64,000 nt of DNA from Octopus sinensis (GCF_006345805.1 NC_043006.1:5580001-5644000); one strand, 5' to 3'; shown: positions 48,916 through 63,300, counted from the first letter of the stretch. Numbers and translations: made by a program. The notes: a model not told the origin generated them from the letters alone.

Positions 48916-50206
48916 TTCAGCCAGCTCGCCGCCTTCAGGTTATAATAGTAATAGGAAGTGGTGTAGCGTGAGTTGTGGCTGCCCTGCGCAGTAGTCAAAT
49001 TGACCGCACCCATCCCTCGACAACAGCAAACACACGTATATACACGAACTGACTGCCCAGTACAGTTCGCACATAACATGCTACATCACTAACAGTAGGT
49101 TTTGGTTAAAAATAACACAGGTTTATCAATATCTATAAAGTTGAAATGCGAAAAAGTTGTTTGATTTCTTGGGTATTTGTCTCATTTTGGGGTGGGAACG
49201 GTTTAAGGGGCGGTAGATGGGGTCGGATTGGCACCAAAAGCTACACTGACGGGTAAAATGGGGTGGACAATGGTGTGAAGAGAGATGCAAGTCGCTCGGG
49301 GCTACCGTTTGGTTGCCATGGTGAGGAATATGGGAAAGGCAAAGAAGACGAACAAAAGAAGAAAGGGAAAAGGAGACAACACGCACAGAACAACACCAGC
49401 ACCAAAACCCGAGCGAAGCACGGGTCAAAATAGCTGGTCTCTATGTAAAAAAGTGAAATGGCCGAAAGTTGTATGTTTGCGCGTCTCATTTAGTGGTTAT
49501 GCAGGATTCAATGGTAGTAGGCGTGCTCGGATTGCGGCGAAAATTTATAGGGACATGTAAAATGAGGTATGGAAGCGACTGGACTAGGTTAGAAATAGCT
49601 ATCTCAAAATTTGTAGTTACTAGGGCAACAAAACCCATTTTCTATCGATTCTGCAAGCTGTGGAGGTCGTGTTTTGTGGGCGATTTTAATAAAAAGCCCA
49701 CTTGCATAATCTACAGGCTCTTTTGTTTAACAGTTCGTCAGTTTTTTGTGGAAATTGTTGTTTAAAAGAAAAGATTTTACGAAGTGAAAGAAAGTTACAT
49801 TTTTAGTTATTTTACCGTTTGATTTTTTTGCTGCTTGCATTTTTGATTTATTCTGCATAAAAATTATACCACCCTGTAGGATTTGATGAGAAATATTTTT
49901 GGGGGACTTTGATTCGTTCGAAAATTCCGCCGATAAGTACAAAAATAATCAAGTTTACGGTTATTTTTTCATTTTATTTTCTCGATTTAGTGGCAGGAGA
50001 CGATAGGCGTGATTTTTTCGCGTTTCGCTGAGAAGGCTTATCGATTTTTTTAATTAATAACGCGTCAGTAGTATCCCACAATACAATACTATTACATTTT
50101 TACTTTATCCTTACTTGCATGGATAGATTGGTTCATTATTAAAGCTGAATTACTTTTATTCCATTGCTACTTAGACATCTTAATTCAACGGTCACAGAAA
50201 TAAACA

Positions 50207-50440
50207 AGGCGGTGAGCTGGCAGAAACGTTAGCACGCCGGGCGAAATGCTTTGTGGTATTTCATCTGCGTTACGTTGTGAGTTCAAATTCCGCCGAGGTC
50301 GACTTTGCCTTTCATCCTTTCGGGGTCGATAAATTAAGTACCAGTTACGCACTGGTGGTCAATGTAATCGACTTAATACCTATGTCTGTCCTTGTTTGTT
50401 CCCTCTATGTTTAGCCCCTTGTGGGTAATAAAGAAATAGG
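50207..50440 (+). mobile_element. Family B SINE with apparent target-site duplication
   Basis: GGCGGTGAGCTGGCAGAAACG head; GGTCACAGAAATAAAC occurs both before (~50190) and after (~50439). Confidence 0.85.
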
Positions 50441-51846
50441 TCACAGAAATAAACGCCTCTCTCTTCACCGGTTGTCTATGCGCCACCCTCCCGTTAGCCC
50501 GTGTAAGTCTTCCATTAAATTTTACCTTTCACATTTTTCCAAACCATTCCGTTTGCATTTTGTCTTTTAGAACTGGAAAAAGCGAGAGGGCTGGTGTCAA
50601 AAGGACTGGCATGTGTAACCTGATCACTTCTGATGCAAATTTCAAAACTTTTCAAGTTGAAGATATCTTGGCCTCATGGGAGACCTTAGAATATTGATTC
50701 TTTTTCCACCCATGAAAAGGTTCATATTTCAAAGGTTAATTACTCCAAAATGAAGGGAGATAGAGCAATTCTGATAGCAGATTCTGACAGGCTGGGTTCA
50801 GATTACCCGGAGTAGCCAATTCCAGTCAAATACTATGATTAGATTTAAAGATACTCAGCACCAAAATCTGTTACCCTCACGCTCCACGAGGGGCGTGGAC
50901 TTCAAATTTTGGCGGGGCATATCTTTGGACCCTAAAATTATGCATGTCTTCCTTATGCATATAGAGGTATTACCAAAAGATCTGGGCCAATTCTGAGTTG
51001 GTCACGTGTACAGCTCTAGTTTAGTTCATCTGGAATGACCCAATCCTTAAGATGGCAGAAAAACTGCTTGATATTTTTATATTTTCATCCTTTTACGCTT
51101 TGGGTTCAAAACCCACTTACGTTCACTTTGCTTACAATCAACCTTTCGGGGTGATAAAATAACTTCTGGGGTCGATGGAAGTCGATGTAATCGACTATAT
51201 ACCAGGTGTTGATTCCTGCATAGCCATTTTTTTTTTCTTTCACTCCGTCGGTTACGACGATGAGGGTTCCGGTTGATCCGAATCAACGGAACAGCCTGCT
51301 CGTGAAATTAACGTGTAAGTGGCTGAGCACTCCACAGACACGTGTACCCTTAACGTAGTTCTCGGGGATATTCAGCGTGACACATAGAGTGACAAGGCCG
51401 GCCCTTTGAAATACAGGTACAACAGAAACAGGAAGTAAGAGTGAGAGAAAGTTGTGGTGAAAGAGTACAGCAGGGATCACCACCATCCCCTGCCGGAGCC
51501 TCGTGGAGCTTTAGGTGTTTTCGCTCAATAAACACTCACAACGCCCGGTCTGGGAATCGAAACTACGATCCTATGACCGCGAGTCCGCTGCCCTAACCAC
51601 TGGGCCATTGCGCCTCCACACCTGCATAGCCATAGTCATATAACATAAACCAATTAAAAAAAAAAGAAAGAATATTAATTATAAAGAGGTCTTGTATCCA
51701 GATGGAATTGCAATAGCGTGGAATATTTTTGAATTCGATTATAGTATTCCTAACATTTATTCGTTTGTCTGCTTTATAGTTCTGTCACTTAGAAAACCTG
51801 AAACTGACATAAACAAATTGACAGAGATGTTATATAAAACGTGTTT

Positions 51847-52256
51847 GGATCTTTTCGGTTTGAACGGCAGTTTTTTAAAATAATTTCCACGTAACTAAAC
51901 ACTTTTAAACTTCGTATACTGATAGAATGTGTTTATAAAACATCTTTTCCTCTTGGTTTTATTGAGAAAATTCTATAGTTTGCAAGATATTTGTTGTTGT
52001 TTTTTCTTCAATTTCTGCAATTTCAACCAATCAATGACGTCTATTGAGGTGAAAACATTCTGTGTCGTATGAATATATCCCTCGTTTAAGAAACAGATTG
52101 GGTTTATTTACATTTCTGAAAAAAAAAGATACCCTTCCCCCCACCCCTAACCCTAAAACAGATTAAAATGCAATAGATCGATACTAGGGTCATAATTACG
52201 GGTGACAATTTCATATGACACCGCTAGAAAAACTGCCGTTCAAACCGAAAAGATCC
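51847..52256. mobile_element. Merlin-like MITE, copy 2
   Basis: TIR GGATCTTTTCGGTTTGAACGGCAG ... CTGCCGTTCAAACCGAAAAGATCC; TSD acgtgttt / gcgtgttt. Confidence 0.8.
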
Positions 52257-52523
52257 GCGTGTTTTACAAAACTCAAGAGAAATGTTCACGCCCTGGAAGC
52301 CATATGATGAGCATTCTCCTTAGAACCACGTCAAGAGATTTTTTCCTCCAAATTTTCTGTTTACGAAAATGGGTAGGCTGTCCTGTTGCCACTTTATATC
52401 TTTAGAAAGTGTCTGATAATATGACATTTAACAATACAAAACTTCTATTGTTATATACTTAAAATAGAGGTGTCTCATTTATTTTCAAAATTTTCATCTT
52501 TAAGTAGATATTTTCATTGTTGT

Positions 52524-54561
52524 TGTAGGGAATTAATAATAATAATGGTACACCCTTCCTATGTGACGAATAGTATAACCTTGTCACTATAAGTAAAGAG
52601 AAGTACGTGAAGTGCGGGAGTACGTAGGAAGCAGTCAGAGATAGTCGTGCCTTTACTGGTTTTACTAAGTATACTGTGTACTGAAGTGACCGTTACAACA
52701 ATCTAACATTGTAAGGATATAACAGTAACGACGAGAGTCACGGAATTAATAAACTTGGCGATGATTTTAACAACTCACGAGAAGTTAGCAAACTCACAAA
52801 GCTTTGTTGTGTGAATTTTACGAAAAATAAATCGTAAAAATTATGGAAAATTTTGTGGATCTTTTCCTTTTGAACGGCAGACAATTTCTAGTTAACTAAA
52901 CACTTTTAAACTTCGTATACTGGTAGAATGCGTCAAAATAAAACATTTTTTTCTCTTGGCTTTCTTGAGAAAATTGTAATTTGTTTGTTTAACGTAGTTT
53001 AATTTTTCGAATTTTAACCAATCCTATGCTCTTTTTGAGCTAAAATCATTTGCTGCGTCTAAAACTGAGACAACATCCTGTCACTAACCCTTTTTCTTAA
53101 TTGTTAAATTAATTTAATTGTTACGCGTGTAAAAATACCGGAAAGCGTGTGTATAAAATTATAGAATTATTTTGTTTGTTAATTGTTTAAATCACTTTCC
53201 ATTGCTTTCGGGGTTTTTTTACACGCGTCACAATTAAATTAATTTAACAATTAAGAAAAAAAGTTAGGGTTAGGGGGAGGTTTAGGGTTAGTTACAGGAT
53301 GTTGTCTCAGTTTTAGACGCAGCAAATGATTTTAGTTGAATGGAGGTAATCGATTGGTTAAAATTGCCGAAATGCTCGGATTTTCAGACGAAATATCTTA
53401 CAAACTATAGAATTTTCTCAATAAAGCCAAGAAAAAATGATGTTTTATAAACATTCTACCAGTATACGAAGTTTAAAAGTGTTTAGTTACCAAGAAATTG
53501 TGTTGACATCTGCCGTTCAAAAGGAAAAGATCCAATTTTGTTTGCTCAAGTTGCAAAAACAGCAACAACAACAATTACTGTTATAACAATAAATACTGCA
53601 ATTAATGAAGTCGTCAGGAAAATCAGAACAAGTGTTCTAGCCAGACTATGTAGCGAACTCCATAGCAGAGTTCGAATACGAATCTGACGAAGGATTTTAC
53701 CTTCGAAGCATACTACAGAAGAGCGCTTTGTCGATACCTTCAAAAGAGCCCTTAGAAAATCGAATAAGGAAGTCACGGTTGAGGTAGCTTTACAACAATT
53801 TTTAAGAGTGTACCGTGTGACACCAAATCTGAATACACCAGCAGGTAGATCACCAGCGGAGCTGATGTTAACAAGGAAAGTAAAATCAGTCTTTGATAAA
53901 TTGCTGTCTGTCAAGAAAAGAAGGAAGTGCCAAGGAAGACATAGCAAGATTCTTTAAAGTTGGTGAAAAGTTGTATATGAGGGCATAAAAGAATGGAAAG
54001 CAGAGTGGGGAAGATGGCGTAATTACTAAATGCATAGGTAAAATGATGTATCGGGTAAAAAGTAGAAAAGGTATACAAAAGAGACACAGGAACCAACTGA
54101 AAAGCGAACCTAAGAAAGCGAACCTAAGAAGCTGGAGGAACCGATACGTTCCAATGGTTGTACGATAAGTACCAATGCCACTGCAAGTGATTGAACCCAG
54201 GCATACAAGTAAGAGGAAGAAAAAACATACAGAGTTCCTGAAAATAGAGCCCAAGCGCAAAAAATATTAAATTGTACGAAAAGAAAAGAAAATAACTCAA
54301 AAAAGAGAGGTGGGGGTAAATAAAAAAAAATATTGCTAAATAAAATGGACACTTTCTAAGAAAAACTTAAAGGGAAGATGTAGGGAATTAGTAATAATGG
54401 CAAACCCATTCCACGTGACGAATGAAATATCCTAGAGAAGTACGTGAAGTACCGGAGTACATAGTAGGCGATCAGAGATAGTCGTGTCTTTACTGGTTTT
54501 ACTAAGTATACTGTATACCGAAGTGACCGTTATAACAAACCAACATTTTAAGAATATAACA
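52524..54561 (+). mobile_element. Internally deleted Gypsy-type LTR retrotransposon
   Basis: LTRs 52524-52724 and 54378-54561 (TGTAGGGAATT...ATAACA); degenerate PBS-like GTAACGACGAG; PPT AAAGGGAAGA; integrase remnant ERFVDTFKRAL...YRVTPN...SPAELM at ~53720-53910. Confidence 0.82.
52857..53533. mobile_element. Merlin-like MITE, copy 3 (almost entirely palindromic), nested in the LTR element
   Basis: GGATCTTTTCC...GGAAAAGATCC with perfect 8-bp TSD AATTTTGT (52849-56, 53534-41). Confidence 0.85.
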
Positions 54562-54944
54562 ACTGTAGATAATAAGGTTACTCTTCCCAGCAAACCGTCT
54601 TGGAAATCGTGTTTCTTTGGCATTGTAAAATGCGCACCAAGTGTTACGCCTCGGTAACTGTACGATTTTGAATCAGAGATAATGAACCTCAATGCCACAT
54701 GATCTGGTGTAACTGATCAATGAAACAAAGGTGTATCCATTGTGTTTGATTCTCCGTTTAGTTTAATATTTGTGTGAGCAAAGACATTGAACGGGAAATT
54801 CTGATTAACGATACAATGAATGTTACTGAGTACTAGAGGTACCCGAAGAAGGCAGAAACGTTACGACCATAATAACCAAGATGAGGGCAAATTGTCTGAA
54901 TGTATCATTGTACAATAATGACAATTCCTCGTTTCAGAAATTTA

Positions 54945-55150
54945 CTCTTTTACTTGTTTCAGTCGCTTGAGTGTGGCCATGCTGGAGCACCGCCTATAGT
55001 CGACCAAATCGACCCCAGGACTGATTCTTTGTAAGCCTAGTACTTATTCTATCGGTCTCTTTTGCTGAAACGCTAAGTTACGGGGACGTAAACGCAACAG
55101 CATCGATTGTCAAGCGATGTTGGGGGGGACAAACATAGACATACAAACAT

Positions 55151-55200
<50 letters not shown>

Positions 55201-55365
55201 GACGGGCTTCTTTCAGTTTCCGTCTACCAAATCCACTCACAAGGTTTTGGTCGGCCCGAGGTTGTAGTAGAAGACACTTGCCCAAGGTGCCACGCAGTGG
55301 GACTGAACCCGGAACCATGTGGTTCGTTAGCAATCTACTTACCACACATCCACTCCCACGCCTTT
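54945..55365 (-). mobile_element. Family A SINE
   Basis: Full family A on the minus strand. Confidence 0.9.
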
Positions 55366-56298
55366 AGTTAAAAATTAGTGATACCTATTTGAAAATTTGT
55401 AGTAAGTGCTAAAAAGATATAACTATGTTTGTGTTTGTGTGAGTCAATTTGGCTCAAATAATTTGACTCCTTCAACTAGAATCAAAGAAAAGTAAATCCA
55501 GCTCATCGAACAATTATATGCAACTCAGAAAATTAAGGGAAATCTTACAGAGATAAACAATAGATCTTCAGTAAACAACTTTAAAGAAAATAGGTGTTGC
55601 AAAATGCATATGTAGTTGGAATACGACCAACCAAATACTAAAATGTTGGTAACATCGTCCATATCGCCAACCTTTGCTAACAATGAACGTAAAAGTTTGT
55701 AAATGGAGTTCAACCAATTCGCATCAATGTAAATAACAACACGGTTTCACTGTTGAATATGACTAAAATATTTTAAAACCTTCATTTTCCTACTGTAAAA
55801 CTATTAGTATGCTACAAAACTAGAAGTAACTTTTACCTATTGACTAAACAAAAATAATAAAAGAAGAATTAAAGAAGAACACAAATTAAATAATGTTGAA
55901 GAGACCAGATTTACTTTCTTGGATGCATGGAAAATGTTTTGCACCACTTACTGTATTGTTTCCCTTTCATTTTATTTGAGATGGAATTTGTTCTAAGTCT
56001 GTCAAAGAATGAGGAACAAACCTTAAATTAAGGTGTTTTCTCATTTCATTTATGACCCAAACCTCATCAGGTCCTGTAATTATCTTCCGAAACTTTGACT
56101 CTAAAAACGTGTATAGAATTTCTGTCAGAAGGGATCTTCTCAAGAAACATAAGTATTTTGGATATCAACTTAAAACGTGCGGTGAAGCAAGTTAAAAAGT
56201 TTCGCGACATTCTAGTGTTTCTTTGGAACAACTTATGTAACCGGGACATAGAGTTTTCATTGACCGAGATGGAGGTTTCATCTTTTGGAAGCAGTATA

Positions 56299-56568
56299 TT
56301 CTGTCGTGTCTGGGGAGAGTGATTTTCTTTTTGTGCCTTATAATTTAACACACTCACCGGTAACATTTCCACTTATTTCTTATTTTTATTTTCCTAAAAT
56401 TTTCGTTGCGTTTTGCAACCTTTTCAAGAGTCAAGACTATTGAAAAGGTTACTAGACGCAACGAAAATTTTAGGAAAGTAAAAATAAGAAATAAGTGGAA
56501 ATTTTACCGGTGAGTGTGTTATATTATAAGGCACAAAAAGAAAATGACTCTCCCCAGACACGACAGAA
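56299..56568. repeat. 270-bp palindrome (arms ~129 bp, 12-nt spacer)
   Basis: TTCTGTCGTGTCTGGGGAGAG...AACCTTTTCAA / TTGAAAAGGTT...CTCTCCCCAGACACGACAGAA. Confidence 0.9.
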
Positions 56569-57881
56569 CTCATATAAAGAATCTTGCAAACCAAATTCAA
56601 AAACGAAGCAGTATATGTTTGTCAGAAAATATAAGTAGCAATATGTTCAATTTGATTCTCTCAAAAGTGTGTTATTCCAAGAGATTCTTGGAATGTACAG
56701 TAACGAAACTTTTCGTTTCATTTCTGTACCGTTGCAGAACAGTTTCAAGTTAATATTATTTACTCTATTAGTCAACAAAATGTTGCATTTCTTCAACCAC
56801 CTGACCATCACGAATGAAGGAAATGCTAAAATGTTATAACGACCAAGTAGAGTTTCTTGTCTCGGAGAATAAATGCAGCGATTTTCAGGATGTTGAAGAC
56901 TGACGTAGCAGTAGAATTATAACATCGAAAAGTTACAAATACATCAAGTTTACAAGAAGCGCAGCCTCATAAAAGCGCAGCTGGTTTTATCACAAGTGGG
57001 ATGGCTTTACAAAAAGCGCAGCTGATCCTGCAATAGTCACAGCCGACGTCTCTTCTAAGAGCAGCTGGTTCCTACCTCAAGCGCAGCTCAACGAATGAGT
57101 TGACTTCAACAAGTATGAGCGGGATTCATTACATTACCATCCCAACTTTTTAACAGCTAATATCAAAAAAGATTAATTTTTCTTGTTTTATTCTTGTTTG
57201 TTTTCCCATATCAATACTACACAGTAACACTGAGAAGTCGATCACAATAAGGATACGGAAAAACACACCGGGGAATGTTAAGAACTGTTACTTCCTTTCC
57301 AGATGTAGTAACGTCTTAAATTGAAAACTGGCTGACACCCATTTGTAATATGGCGTACACTCTTTTGCTTGGTCATTTCGAAGTTGAACGTTTTAACTGA
57401 ATAAAGCGAGCCCTTTCAGTTATTGCTTCTCGTTACGACAGACCCAATAATCTCATACCCCCCCCCCACCAACACATTTTGATGTGAAGCTAATCATCAC
57501 ACTTCACAACACGGTGCAAGTTCTAAGTGCATAAAACTTTTTTTTAAAACTAAGACCAATTGTTCGATTTATGTCATTTTCGCATTCCGTTACTCTCTAC
57601 GCTAGAAATAGCAAGAAGCAATTTTGAATCAAGACTGACACCATAAGAAAAAGTAACTGATGCTAATCCGTTTTCAAAATCGAATTTGTATTCAAAAGTC
57701 GTGCTCTGGCATTAGTATCGCTCAAGATCAGTTCAGATAAGGTTTAGTTATCTCAAAGTAATTTAGATTAGATGCGTTCCTTGCTGTGCAAATAAGGCCT
57801 GCATTTCTGCCATGTAACTGGAGCAGACCCGTAGGCAGACTATCATTCTTTGAGACCTTAATTAACCTTACAAAGAACCCA

Positions 57882-58619
57882 TCTTATATATAAATGGCAA
57901 TTTCTGTCTAAACTAGCGAACCAATATTCATGAAACTTTGCAGATATGTTACACTAACATCCAGTTCAATAATAATCTAATTGGATTTCAATAAAAATCT
58001 ATAATGTGCCCCCACCCACCCACCAGGGGCATTCGGGGAACTGTATGATAAAATGAGAAGGTTGTAAAAAGTATTAGTCAGGGGAAAAGGTAGTAGCAGA
58101 GTGAGGATGACTTATATTTGTGAGAGCGAGAACAGCGATGACAATGGGATGTTAACGTTGATGCAGCTTTTATATACACGCAACGCTGCATACATACTTT
58201 CGTAAATACACACACACACAGAGTAAGGTGGGTGTGAGGAATACATAACTTTAAGGAGAGAGGGGTATGTAGATTTTATGCTGTCCATCGCAAAGAAACA
58301 CTCACACACACACACACACACATACATACATGCATATATATACATTCATATGTCTACTATACATCCTTTTAAACTCGTGATTACCTATGTCTATGTTTGT
58401 AAATTTGTGTGTGTGTGTGTGTGTGTGTGTGTGACGTCTTATAACTGTCTGTCTCTCTACTTTTGTAGGGTTTTTCCCTATTGCTGTCATATTGTGTGAT
58501 TATAAATTACGTAAACATTTTCAAATTTGGTATATTGAAATAATTTTCCACGTTAAATCCGATTTACTTGTTCCTAACATCCGGGTGAATTATATCCGAA
58601 TTGGATATAATTATACTAG
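57882..58619 (+). mobile_element. Non-autonomous Helitron with both termini
   Basis: A|TCTTATATATAAATGG start; 3' hairpin AATTATATCC-GAATT-GGATATAATT then CTAG|T. Confidence 0.75.
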
Positions 58620-59249
58620 TACATTACATAATCCTTAAGCTTAATGTCAGTAACCATCCCCTAGTTTAGGGAAAAAATACAAAATTCCTTGTATAGAACT
58701 GTGCGCTTCACAGTTCCAGCGACGCGGTGTTTGGTTGTTGTGTTCATGTTCACATGTCCGAGATAGGAAGCCTCACGCTAGTGGGAGACATCACTATTGT
58801 TCACGCGGTGCCGGTTAAAGGTAGTATTTCTTTTTGACTCCGCGTGTGATGTGCTTTAAAAACGTGTTTATATTCTTGAATGTGATAAAGTGTAGAATTA
58901 GATTATTATCCTGCTTCCAGCTTCAGTGTTGCTGCCAGGATTTGAAAAGTAGAGCAGATTTTTCCACTTATTTTGTGATTTAGATTGAAAAACAAGGGGG
59001 AATTTGCGGCGGTGTTCAGTGAACAAATTAAACACATTAACCGGCAGTGGCTAAAACGCGAACCGATCGAGTTTACGTATAAATATTCTTTTTTTATGAG
59101 TTTGTTTCCTGTTACACAATATTAAAACAATGGCTAAAAGTTTTGTGAAGCAGCACCCCCACTAATTTTATCTACGTGGCGCCATTTTATTTTGGAGTAA
59201 TTTGGACGAGTTACAATTTTAATTAAGGTAAAACTAGAAATAAGTTTAA

Positions 59250-59510
59250 GAACTAGTTACCTATATGTATTGTCTCTATAGAGACCGGCTACATGGCCTA
59301 TGTCTGAAGTGATTGTCTACATGTTTTACGTTAAAAATTCTATATAGAGAGTGTCTGCATGTTATGTGTTTATAGAGATTGTCTACATGTTCTGCCTTTA
59401 TAGTGTATCTCTACATGCCACTATAGAGACTATCTCTATACTATGTGTCTGTAGAGACTAATCACGTGTGATGTCTCCAAAGGGACTGTCTACATGTTAT
59501 GTTTTATATG
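59250..59510. repeat. Degenerate minisatellite (CTATAGAGA...GTCTACATGTT-like units)
   Basis: Recurrent TATAGAGA and GTCTACATG motifs about every 30 bp. Confidence 0.6.
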
Positions 59511-60310
59511 TCGCTTACAGTCAACATCAAAAGCTTTTGCAAATGATGCCTCAATAATTATTTTAAAAAGTGATATATCTCATTATTATATCTTAACTAT
59601 TATGTATTTCAATTTAAACCGCTACAAAAATACCCAAGTCTGCAGCCTATGAAGGTTATTGGAGTAGAACAAACTCCCAAATTTTTGGAGAATATCAAGA
59701 CTGACACAAAATAAAGAAAAGCCGCCAAAATGTATAATCTTTCTATGTATTTACCTCGAAATTTGGGACAGCTTTACAAGTTGCCTACAGAAGTGCAGCC
59801 AAATATTGAAAAGGAAATAGCTTTTATTATCACCACAACGAGACCCTTCTCTTCTGCAGACACTCGAAAACAATCAGTCTTCCACATTTAAGTGGAGCAG
59901 CCAAAAATGGAACTGTACACGTCTAATTCCATAGAATTTTTTTGCTCTGAAAATTCAAGGAGAAAGCATAGATATACTGGGCACGATTGGGTTCTGATTA
60001 CCTTTAATGTATGTCAGAACTAGAGTTGGAATAAAGATCTAGATAAATGACAATTGACGAACTGAACTTGTGGTAGATTCGAGACGTGATATTTGTCTCG
60101 TGGTCTCATGTATAAAGCTTTGTGTGCGAGATTCTATTAACAGGGCTGGAGAAAATAAATGTTAGGCTGTTCCCCAGAAAATTATCTGTTCTATCAATAT
60201 GTTTGCTTACAATGAGGTTGTTAAATACTCTGTATATCTAAAAATATCCGCATTTAAAGAGTATAAAGTAACAAAATCTATGCCAAAATGTTGCTAAAGA
60301 GTTCAGTCTG

Positions 60311-63300
60311 GCATATGACGTACTTCAACAGATGCTATATGACGTACTTCAACAATTGCTATATGACGTACTTCAACAGATGCTATATGACGTACTTCAA
60401 CAGATGCTATATGACGTACTTCAGCAGATGCTATATGACGTACTTCAACAGATGCTATATGACATACTTCAACAGATGCTATATGACATACTTTAGCAGA
60501 TGCTATATGACGTACTTCAACAGATGCTATATGACGTACTTCAACAGATGCTATATGACGTACTTCAGCAGATGCTATATGACATACTTCAGCAGATGCT
60601 ATAAGACGTACTTCAACAGATGCTATATGACGTACTTCAACAGATGCTATATGACATACTTAAGCAGATGCTATATGACATACTTCAGCAGATGCTATAT
60701 GACGTACTTCAGCAGATGCTATATGACGTACTTCAAGAGATGCTATATGACGTACTTCAGCAGATGCTATATGACATACTTCAGCAGATGCTATATGACG
60801 TACTTCAACAGATGCTATATGACGTACTTCAACAGTTGCTATATGATGTACTTCAACAGTTGCTATATGACGTACTTCAACAGATGCTATATGACGTACT
60901 TCAACAGATGCTATATGACATACTTCAGCAGATGCTATATGACGTACTTCAGCAGATGCTATATGACGTACTTCAACAGATGCTATATGACGTACTTCAG
61001 CAGATGCTATATGACGTACTTCAGCAGATGCTATATGACGTACTTCAGCAGATGCTATATGGCGTACTTCAACAGATGCTATATGACGTACTTCAACAGA
61101 TGCTATATGACATACTTCAGCAGATGCTATATGACGTACTTCAACAGATGCTATATGACGTACTTCAACAGATGCTATATGACATACTTCAGCAGATGCT
61201 ATATGACGTACTTCAACAGATGCTATGACGTACTTCAACAGATGCTATATGACGTACTTCAACAGATGCTATATGACATACTTCAGCAGATGCTATATGA
61301 CGTACTTCAACAGATGCTATATGACGTACTTCAACAGATGCTATATGACATACTTCAGCAGATGCTATATGACGTACTTCAACAGATGCTATATGACGTA
61401 CTTCAGCAGATGCTATATGACATACTTCAGCAGATGCTATATGACGTACTTCAACAGATGCTATATGACGTACTTCAACAGATGCTATATGACATACTTC
61501 AGCAGATGCTATATGACGTACTTCAACAGATGCTATATGACGTACTTCAACAGATGCTATATGACATACTTCAGCAGATGCTATATGACGTACTTCAACA
61601 GATGCTATATGACGTACTTCAACAGATGCTATATGACATACTTCGGCAGATGCTATATGACGTACTTCAACAGATGCTATATGACGTACTTCAGCAGATG
61701 CTATATGACATACTTCAGCAGATGCTATATGACGTACTTCAGCAGATGCTATATGACATACTTCAGCAGATGCTATATGACGTACTTCAACAGATGCTAT
61801 ATGACGTACTTCAACAGATGCTATATGACATACTTCAGCAGATGCTATATGACGTACTTCAGCAGATGCTATATGACATACTTCAGCAGATGCTATATGA
61901 CGTACTTCAACAGATGCTATATGACGTACTTCAACAGATGCTATATGACGTACTTCAACATATGCTATATGACATACTTCAGCAGATGCTATATGACGTA
62001 CTTCAACAGATGCTATATGACGTACTTCAGCAGATGCTATATGACGTACTTCAACAGATGCTATATGACATACTTCAACAGATGCTATATGACATACTTC
62101 AGCAGATGCTATATGACATACTTCAGCAGATGCTACATGACGTACTTCAACAGATGCTATATGACGTACTTCAGCAGATGCTATATGACGTACTTCAACA
62201 GATGCTATATGACATACTTCAGCACATGCTATATGACGTACTTCAGCAGATGCTATATGACGTACTTCAGCAGATGCTATATTACGTACTTCAACAGATG
62301 CTATATGACATACTTCAGCAGATGCTATATGACGTACTTCAACAGATGCTATATGACGTACTTCAACAGATGCTATATGACATACTTCAGCAGATGCTAT
62401 ATGACATACTTCAGCAGATGCTATATGACGTACTTCAACAGATGCTATATGACATACTTCAGCAGATGCTATATGACGTACTTCAACAGATGCTATATGA
62501 CGTACTTCAACAGATGCTATATGACATACTTCAACAGATGCTATATGACGTACTTCAACAGATGCTATATGACGTACTTCAGCAGATGCTATATGACGTA
62601 CTTCAACAGATGCTATATGACATACTTCAGCAGATGCTATATGACGTACTTCAACAGATGCTATATGACATACTTCAGCAGATGCTATATGACGTACTTC
62701 AGCAGATGCTATATGACGTACTTCAACAGATGCTATATGACATACTTCAGCAGATGCTATATGACATACTTCAGCAGATGCTATATGACATACTTCAGCA
62801 GATGCTATATGACGTACTTCAGCAGATGCTATATGACGTACTTCAACAGATGCTATATGACATACTTCAGCAGATGCTATATGACGTACTTCAGCAGATG
62901 CTATATGACGTACTTCAACAGATGCTATATGACATACTTCAGCAGATGCTATATGACGTACTTCAGCAGATGCTATATGACGTACTTCAACAGATGCTAT
63001 ATGACGTACTTCAACAGATGCTATATGACATACTTCAGCAGATGCTATATGACATACTTCAACAGTTGCTATATGACGTACTTCAGCAGATGCTATATGA
63101 CGTACTTCAACAGATGCTATATGACGTACTTCAGCAGATGCTATATGACGTACTTCAACAGATGCTATATGACATACTTCTGCACATGCTATATGACGTA
63201 CTTCAACAGATGCTATATGACGTACTTCAGCAGATGCTATATGACATACTTCAGCAGATGCTATATGACATACTTCAACAGTTGCTATATGACATACTTC

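Noticed and set aside
53240-53295. Interstitial telomere (TTAGGG)
   Set aside because: Only 2-3 imperfect units, internal to a MITE.
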